Shown in pieces: positions 55,151 to 64,000 of a stretch of DNA of 64,000 nucleotides. The stretch is taken from NCBI GenBank assembly GCA_044892525.1, contig CM097885.1, positions 44,518,001 through 44,582,000 on the forward strand, in the 5' to 3' direction. Source of the stretch: Schmidtea polychroa. Taxonomy: Eukaryota. The notes beneath the pieces were generated by a model. That model worked only from the letters and a program-made list of their open reading frames with translations, had not been told where the DNA came from and searched no databases. The translations under genes were made by a program, and so were the position numbers. Every line of letters begins with the position of its first letter. Position 1 is the first letter of the stretch.

Positions 55151-57181
55151 TTCCAAAATATATTATAAAAATAAAAACAATTTTTCAATATTATATATGT
55201 TGAAAATTTGACTTAATATAAATAATATTTCGAGCAATGTAATTATACAATTTCAACATACCACAAACCAGTGGCATAGCAAGGAATTTATGAAGGAGGG
55301 GGGCTTTGGAGTTGAGAAATATTTATTATTATTATGGTCAATCATTTCAAGCGTGGACGAATGAGGGTGACGAAGGCGTAAAGCCACTCATGATTAAGAT
55401 GTCTGATACTATCAGACTGATAGATTAAAATGGTAACTTTTAAAAGTGTCTTCTGATTTTTTTATTTAGGCGGATGATCTTTTAGGCACTTGATACCGAC
55501 AAATATGTGTACATGAAAAATCCAATGTGGGGGGGGGGGTTAAAAATTACCTAGTTATCTGAGTGTAGTGAAATATTTATCGATTACTGTTATTTACGAA
55601 GTAGTAAAGCGGTACCATAAAGTGTGTTAAATAGACAACTATTATCTTCTATAGATAAAAAGTAAAATAGTACTGAATCCGCAGTATCCCTTTATGTATT
55701 CGAACTAGACAGTAGAACAAATATTAGAATATAAAGTGCAGAAATAAAAAAATATTAATCTTTCTTTATTTCATACATAAAATATTTTTTTATTATTGAA
55801 AATATATTTAAAATTGTTAGTGTTAGAAATATGATTATAAATTGTGGCATAGAGAAATTTAATGGAGAATTTTGTTATTTAAATTTTATTATTATTTAGG
55901 TACATTAAAAATGAAATAATTGATACATTAATAATAATAATTATTATTATTATTATAATTATAATAATTATTATTATTTGAAGTTATTCTAATATTGATT
56001 TATATGTTTTGAAAAATAATAGGATACAAAATAAGTTTCTGAATTTTTCATTTATACTGTTATAGACTTTCATTAAATATAATGGTTGATCTGTGAGCAA
56101 TACTAGATCCAATCAATCTAATATTTAACAATTAAACTATTCGGTTCAAAGTCAATCATCGTATTAATTATTAATAGGTAAAGCGATGAATCAGCACATC
56201 AAAATTAGTTCAACTTGGTGTTTTTAATTTAACTAACAATTGCTTTATATTGAATTAATCAAAATGAATAATTAAAAATTAATTGTTGTAAAGTTTTTAT
56301 AAATCAATTTATTTTAAATTTTTAAAAAATAATAACTGACTATTATCGAATTTTAAAAAATTTTTACTCATTTTTTGAAGGCTTCGTTCATTCAGAAAAA
56401 CAGCTGTTGAGTATGATACTTATTGAGTAGTTGATAAAACTTCATACCTCATAATGTTAAATTAAAATAATGACATGAGAGGTCAGATGTCAAGGTCATT
56501 TTATTAATTACAATTAAAGTTTTAACGAAAATTTAACAATTTGAGCAGTATGTTTGATTTATTATAATTTTTGTAATTTATGGAAATAATTTATTTAATT
56601 ACAATAATATTTAATATATGATTTATTTAAATTTTAAATTAATTTTTCATACTGGCGGGTATATTGAGAGTTTTCAAAATTAATAGAATTAAAATTTAAA
56701 AATCAATATTTTTGAAAGGGAAAGTGAAAACATTGGGCGAATTAAAAAATTAAAGCAAATTTAAATTTGATGGAATTGTTCTTGAGATTTAAATTCAAAA
56801 AATACAATAAATTTTATTTAAAATTGAGAAAATAAAAATTTAATACTAACAGATGCGAAGTAAAAAATTTTCCGATTATAGATAACCATGTTAGATCAAA
56901 GCAGGTTTCTAATGAAAAATTTCGAAAAGAGAGAAAACTCATTTTTGTTTTAGTTTCTCGAAAGCAAACATTACGATAATTAATGGGAATCCTTTGGTTT
57001 ATAAACTTTAATAATTTGTTTTAGAATTTTAGTTTGGGTCGAAGAGATAAAATGCTAGGTATGCAGTTAATTAAAGGAAATGACGAGGGCAAAGATAATA
57101 TGATATATCAATCAAATCCAATAAAAGAATCATTATTCCTTCATAAATTCATCCATATTTTATTTTTATCGAATAAAAGTG

Positions 57182-57589
<408 letters not shown>

Positions 57590-60360
57590 GGACAAAGCAA
57601 TATAATAAATGTAGAATTTGCGCTGTTTAAAAAGTTTCAATATTGTTGGAAATTTGTTCATTGATTTAAGAACATAAAGAGTCAAATTTACTATCAAAAT
57701 TTTTTTTTTATTTTTATAATTAATAAATTGTCGATTGTATTTTTTTGCAAAGTCAACCGACATTGTTTAAATGACAATAGAATGAACTTGATAGAATTTG
57801 TTTTTATTATTATTTTGACACTTGAATTTGGATCATGGTACAATAATTCATAAATTCAGTATTTAAGGACTCTTTAAAATTAATTGTGTGCTTAATTTGA
57901 AAATATTTATTAATTCATGAGCTGTTGTTCTTTTTAACTATCTTTTACTCTGAAGTAATTATATATAAAGCTATTTAGTTAAATATAAACAATATAAAGT
58001 TGGTGACATTTACGAATAGAAAATCTTTATTTAAAAAATTAGTAATATATAGACAGCCGTCTTTAAATCTTCAAAATTTTAACTCTTGAAATGAAATTAA
58101 ACTCAACAGAAAATATATTTTGAAAAAGTTACTTGATTTAGTTAACATGACTATTATACATAAATTCAAATCAATAACTTTAATTGATATCAATATTGGA
58201 AATAGTATAATGATTTTGTAAGAAATACTTTGTCAAATTTGATAAATTATGCATTATTCGATAGGGAAAGTCAATTTTCAAATAACACTGAAATAAAAAT
58301 ATGTCAAGTTGTCGCTAAACATTTAGTTGCAATAATAATCGATTATCCAAATATTTTATCGATATCTTTTAAATTCTTTAAATGCTGAAAAAGAGTAGAA
58401 AACCAGTAAATCGACAAGCATTTATTTTTAAATCCTCTAGTTTAGTTGTAAGCAACCCAAATACACAGGAGTGCCACAAAACAGATAATTAAAAGTATTG
58501 GCCAATCCGCTTGTATGACATTTTCGTATAAATTCTATCCACCGATTTCAGTCAAGGATATATTTTACTTATTTTTTTTTAGGGTAAGGTTAAAATACAA
58601 AATTTTCATAAATCATAATTTTCAAAGTATGATATAAGTGAACGGATACAGCTGTAGTTCATTTATTTTTGAATGTTTTCATTTTATTGTTTTTTAATAA
58701 ATATCAGTTTGCAAGCATAATCCAATTATATGAATTCCCCGCTTTGTTTAATATTCGAAATAATATGTACGAAATATTTTGCACAGGAAATTGTTAATTT
58801 TAACAGGTGTTTGGTTTAAATACATTATATATATGTTATTATAAGAACTTTTATTTCTTCCAATTTCACCACTGATTATTTTTTCCATTGAATTTATTAA
58901 AAAGATAGTCGATATATTACTGATTTATAGTCTTCAAACTCTCTTTTTAATAAATTCAATATGTGATTTTGCCTTACAAGAAATTCCGGTGAGTTTTTTA
59001 GTTTTTAAACATACTATTGGTTAAGAAGAGTTCCGTTTGAACTCAACTTTGACGGAAGTATTAAATACTTTTTGGGATAATATTAATATTAATTCGAATA
59101 GTTGTCATCATCTGCGTTTTTAAATTAATAAATTTGTTAGTGCTATATCTGTTGAATAATTAATGGAGTTACCGCGATCACGCAAATATTAGGCTGTTTT
59201 GGAAAACATTTAACTTACTGTTAGTAGCGGTTTTCTCATTTGTATTTTTCAACAAAAGAAGGAAATTTTAAAATACATTCGTAAACTAATACTTAAATTA
59301 TTTATAAAGAATATATTTCAACCTATCAAATGTAATTAAACTCCACGAAAAATAGTTCATAATAAATAAGTATAATAAAAACACCAATTTTATTTTTCTA
59401 ACATGACCCGAGTTATTATAAAGTTTTAGTATGAAATTTATACTGAAAACGAAATTTCGACCAGAAATATTAATCTGATGAAATTTACATAGAGAAAAAA
59501 TAATATTAGTTTAGATATTAATTCAAACAATTATTTTTGTGTTCACCATATAACTAAAGGATTTCTAATGAAAAAGCGAAATTTGTTAACATATTTATCT
59601 ATAAATAATAATAAATTTAAAATGTTTTTTTTCTATTCTGCAATGAAATTTTTCATAACAAATACACCAAAAGCTTACTTTAAATTGGAATGGGAAATGG
59701 AGAACTCAAATTCTTTGTTAGCTTGGAAATTCTTTAATATTATTAATTATTAATATTTTCATGTAGAAATTGTTATAAATATAAAATTTAAAATTTATTA
59801 AAAATTGTATATTTTTATATATTTTAAAAACTATCTAATTATAATATTTGGAATATAATTTTTTTATTTAGTAAAAATATTTTGAACTTGATCCTATGTG
59901 TTCAAAATTTAATGACTAAGACTCATAATTTTGACACTTTTTTGTTGAGTAATAATATATATTTTGATTTAACATTCACAGAAAGATAGAATTTTACATG
60001 ACTGCTGTTTTTAAAAAATATCATAAAAAATATCATTTTCCTAATGGTCGAATATTGAGATTTAAAATTATGTTTAGAAAATGCCAAGAAAATATCTAGA
60101 AATTTATTTCCTATTTTGTATGTGATGATCCACCTAATTGTAACAATATTGAATGAAAATAAATGATAGTACAGTCTATGAACTTAATTAACAGATTAAA
60201 AAAAATAACATTCAATTCTATTTTGAATTCATCTATAGATGACGTTTGAAGATTCTGATAAATAATTGTGTTTCTTTACTAATAATTAATAAAAATTTAT
60301 TTCACTTTCTTGACTTTCAGAAAAAACATTTAATTCGTTAAAACAATTTATTCTTAGTAA

Positions 60361-62255
60361 TGTTGGGCTAGAACCGAGAATCGAGAGCTTGTTTTAATGA
60401 ATCAAAAATATATAACATAAAAATCGCACCAAGTTAAATTAAAACACCAATCAAAACAAACTAAAGTACATAACACATGGATGATAAGTGAGACCCGAGT
60501 AGTAAAATAAAGGAACGTAAATAGAGGTCGCAATCACTAACATCATGATGAGAAATATCGCATTCGGCATATCTAACAACTAAAAATTAAAATAATAATA
60601 AATAATATAATGGGTAATAAATTAATTAATAATATGGAAAATTTTTAAATATATAAATGCAAAAATTAAAATAAAATATCTAGTAAACGGATAAAATGAT
60701 AAAAAGTAAAATAAAAGTAGTAATATTAGATAAACCATAAAATTTATAAAACTAAATTGTTTAATGAAAACTAAAAATAAAACCAACAAAATTATTTAAA
60801 TTATAAAACTTATAAAACCAAATTGTTTAAATTAATGAAATTAAAATAAAACTAACTAAACTTATTTAAACTTATTTAAAAAACTGTTAAAAAATAAATT
60901 AAAATTAGCAAAAACTATTTAAATTATAGAATTATAAAAATAAATCTTAAAAATTAATAAAAAATAGAATTTTGATTAATTAAATTAATTAAATTAAAAA
61001 TTAAACAATTGCACACATTCATGCATGCATGCAAAAATTAATCAGAATTGCCTCTCATTCTAATTGGATATAACAGCAGAGAATGCGTAGGCGTACAATT
61101 CAATCAGTATAAATACGGATTGAAATTTCAGTTATAGAACTAGCAGTGAATATATGCTCTCAATTTTCGATTTCATGCCATCGCGGTGAGGTAAATTTGA
61201 TTTTTTTTGTAATGTAATTTTGTTAAGTCTAATGTTATTTTAAAATGGAAGTTAATTTTCGTTAATTGGTATGGTATTATTTATTTTGTTGTTGTTAAGT
61301 CTAATGTTATGCAATTTTAAAATTAATAAAATTTTTAATGGAATTTGTTTTAATTAATGCTGGTGTTTTATTTATGCTAATTTTTGTTTTTTTAATTTTG
61401 AATAATATTATAATTTAGGTTGGGTTTTTCCATGATATTTATGTGTCGATGTTCTGGGCTGGGGGAAGGTTTGTGGACGGGCGGCACTACGTGCTGTTAG
61501 TCGACAGATGTTTCGCCAGTTGGGTCCATCGGGGTAAGGGATAGAGATAGGGACATGAACGGTTGGAGAGGGTAAAGTCAATTTACGATAGCTTAGGGCC
61601 TTATTTAGAGTTAGATAGTATAGGACTTTTATTTTCATAGATATTTCTGAGCTAGGAGAAAAAACAGAATATTTATGAACTGTTGTCGGTAGATAAAGTA
61701 GGTTTATGCAATTTTATAGAAACCACGAATAGTTAAGATATCCGATCGTTCAGGATTAGAAATACAGGCAGATCCCTGCTCAAATTTCCATTAGAAGTGT
61801 TGAAACATGTTTATTAACTTGTGAATAAGGGTCAATCCCTGCTCAAATTTTTTGAAGGATAATTTGGATATTATAGGAAGTATATAACAATAATTATTAG
61901 ATGGAAAATAAGGGCGTATCCCTGCGCAAAATTTTATGAGAGAACAATTGGAAATACCCGTAATTGAGGACCACAAATTATCTAAAACGGCATACATAGT
62001 GAATAATGACGTAGGACCTTCTATCGGCATTCTAGAACCCGAAAAGAAAATACAATGGGGAGTAGTTTTAGTAATAGAGCTCAACTGCTCATTTTTTTCG
62101 CCTTTGTGTACAGTACCAACATGGTCGTCACCATGGGTACACAAATGGTTTAAGTACAATAGTCATGGAGGTGCTTAGGAAAGAGTCGAGGGAATACCTA
62201 TGTTTACCTCTAGCGTATCTAAAATTTAAAATAACACACCCCTAAGTACCCAACA
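60361..62255. mobile_element. TGTTGGG...CCCAACA insertion, probable large solo LTR (1.9 kb)
   Basis: 4-bp TSD gtaa; start tgttgggctagaaccga and end cctaagtacccaaca resemble those of 39625-45003. Confidence 0.75.
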
Positions 62256-64000
62256 GTAAAACACTTTTTAACATGTAGTATTTGGTTAAACCCCTTTAGA
62301 CTTTACTCCAACAATATAATTGATAGTATAGACCCTATACTATAGAGAAAAGTATATATTCTATTAAAATAGCAATAGGGTAATATAAAAAAAATAAAAT
62401 AAATAGAAAAAAAATCCAAAAAAATGTATTTGTTTGACTACTCTAAAATCGAAATTATAGGAATAATGAACTGTGAAAAATATATTATATGTTCAATGAC
62501 AAATTTTTAAAATATCAATCTTACCAAATAGTCGTAATTAAAATTGGATATCGACATTTTGTAATGTGTTTTTCTTATATGAGATATATGGTAAACATTT
62601 CAAATTATGCTACTGATGATTTTATTCCCAGATAAATTGCTGGGAAAATGAATAAAAATGGCCTAATAAATATAAAAGCATTGTTAGTAATGAACAAAAT
62701 GAACAATAATCCTTTTATTTATCATTTCAACGAGCGATATTTCCAAATGAACACGAAATTCATTATATCACAATAACTGGAATTATTAAATTTCATTGTA
62801 AATTAAATTTTATAAATTAATTTTTTTATTTTCATTCTCTTTTCAAGAGGAATATAATTTTAGTCAAAATCTTTCTCCGGATAATTTTTAATTAAAATCA
62901 TTGAAGTAATTTATAGCTATGGTTTCATTAATAAAATGGGTACTGAAATGAACAGTAATTAATGAGATTATAATCATTTTATTTTTAAATTATTTTAGGT
63001 ATAATTTTACGTATTTTTAAAATAATATTTCGTTTAAAATCGTAATTTCGTAATTATTAGAAAAATATTATTTAAAATATAAATAATAGTAATTTATTTA
63101 GTTAGTGGGGAAAATATTTCTAGTTCTTGAAAATCATGTTATTATTTTAATCTATATATTAATGATAAAGTTTATTTATTAATTATAAAAATTTTGATAA
63201 TAATATTCGTCAGAACGATGGATAATTCAACAGGTGAGATAAGATAAAATTTTAAGGACATTTTTATTAACGTCTACATGAATAATTTTATTGAAATATA
63301 TTATATTAATTAGTTTAAATCAATTCGTGATCTTTAAGCATTAAAACAAAAACTAAACAACATTGATAATGAGAAATTATAATTAAATTAACTGAACTAA
63401 TTTTTCAACTATTTTTATAATATTATAAACCTTGAAAATCTCTTGACATCTCTTGAGATAATCTTTTATTTACTTCTATACCTATTTCTCCTGAAATCTT
63501 ATAATGGTTCACATTTTTTATAAAATATTTAAAACAGATCAGCGTCATGTGGAACTTAAAGCAAACATTTGTGAAAATTCATCATTGAGTTATGCAAATT
63601 GTTACAATAGAATTGCATTTGATTTCTTCATTCATTTAAAATTTTTTAATGGATAAATCTAAGTATAAAATATATACTTCATATCATAATGTTTTCAAAA
63701 AATTTTTAATTTCGATACTGTGGTTACATTTTCAAATTAAAATTAAAATAATAGTAAAATAATAGTAAATTATTTCTAACAAAGTGATAACTCGCACGAA
63801 ATCTAGATCATCATTGATATTATCATTAGATTCATTGCCAGCCAAGTCTTTAAATGACTTCTTTTATTCATAGTAATGCCATTACTATACCATTTTTTTA
63901 CTAATTATTCATCCTTGAAAATAATGAAATATTTCAAGTTTAAATTGAACTATTTCTTGAACTTTCTGAAATATGTGAATAATAATAATTTTATCCTATA

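Noticed and set aside
61772..61935. Three spaced 16-bp repeats resembling a CRISPR array
   Set aside because: Eukaryotic context, unequal spacing, no cas genes; better explained as a short repeat inside the LTR-like element.

Overview
Very AT-rich, repeat-dense animal genomic DNA. Short (~50 nt) introns, long (AAT)n arrays, and Penelope, Polinton and gypsy content suggest a flatworm such as a planarian; this is inferred, not proven. Host genes are a single-exon rhodopsin-class GPCR (17054-18421, -), a two-exon EGR-family zinc-finger gene (23277-24607, +) and one orphan exon. The rest is layered mobile DNA: Tc1/IS630, pogo/Tigger, hAT, piggyBac, a Penelope element with a hammerhead ribozyme, Polinton polB remnants and several gypsy elements. 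Three things stand out. (1) Two copies of an unclassified small TG...CA cassette with 5-bp TSDs share termini and a 16-bp GC-rich inverted repeat but carry different intronless patchworks of housekeeping-gene fragments: RACK1 in one; LMO, Rab1 and proteasome alpha in one open 260-aa frame in the other. (2) A pol-less gypsy-type retroelement has a gag polyprotein that continues into two ubiquitin-like modules, then a Bcl-2-like domain and an env-like glycoprotein. (3) Two related 1.9-3.5 kb TGTTGG...CCAACA insertions with 4-bp TSDs are probably giant solo LTRs and contain ORFs. All homology calls are by eye; no searches were run.
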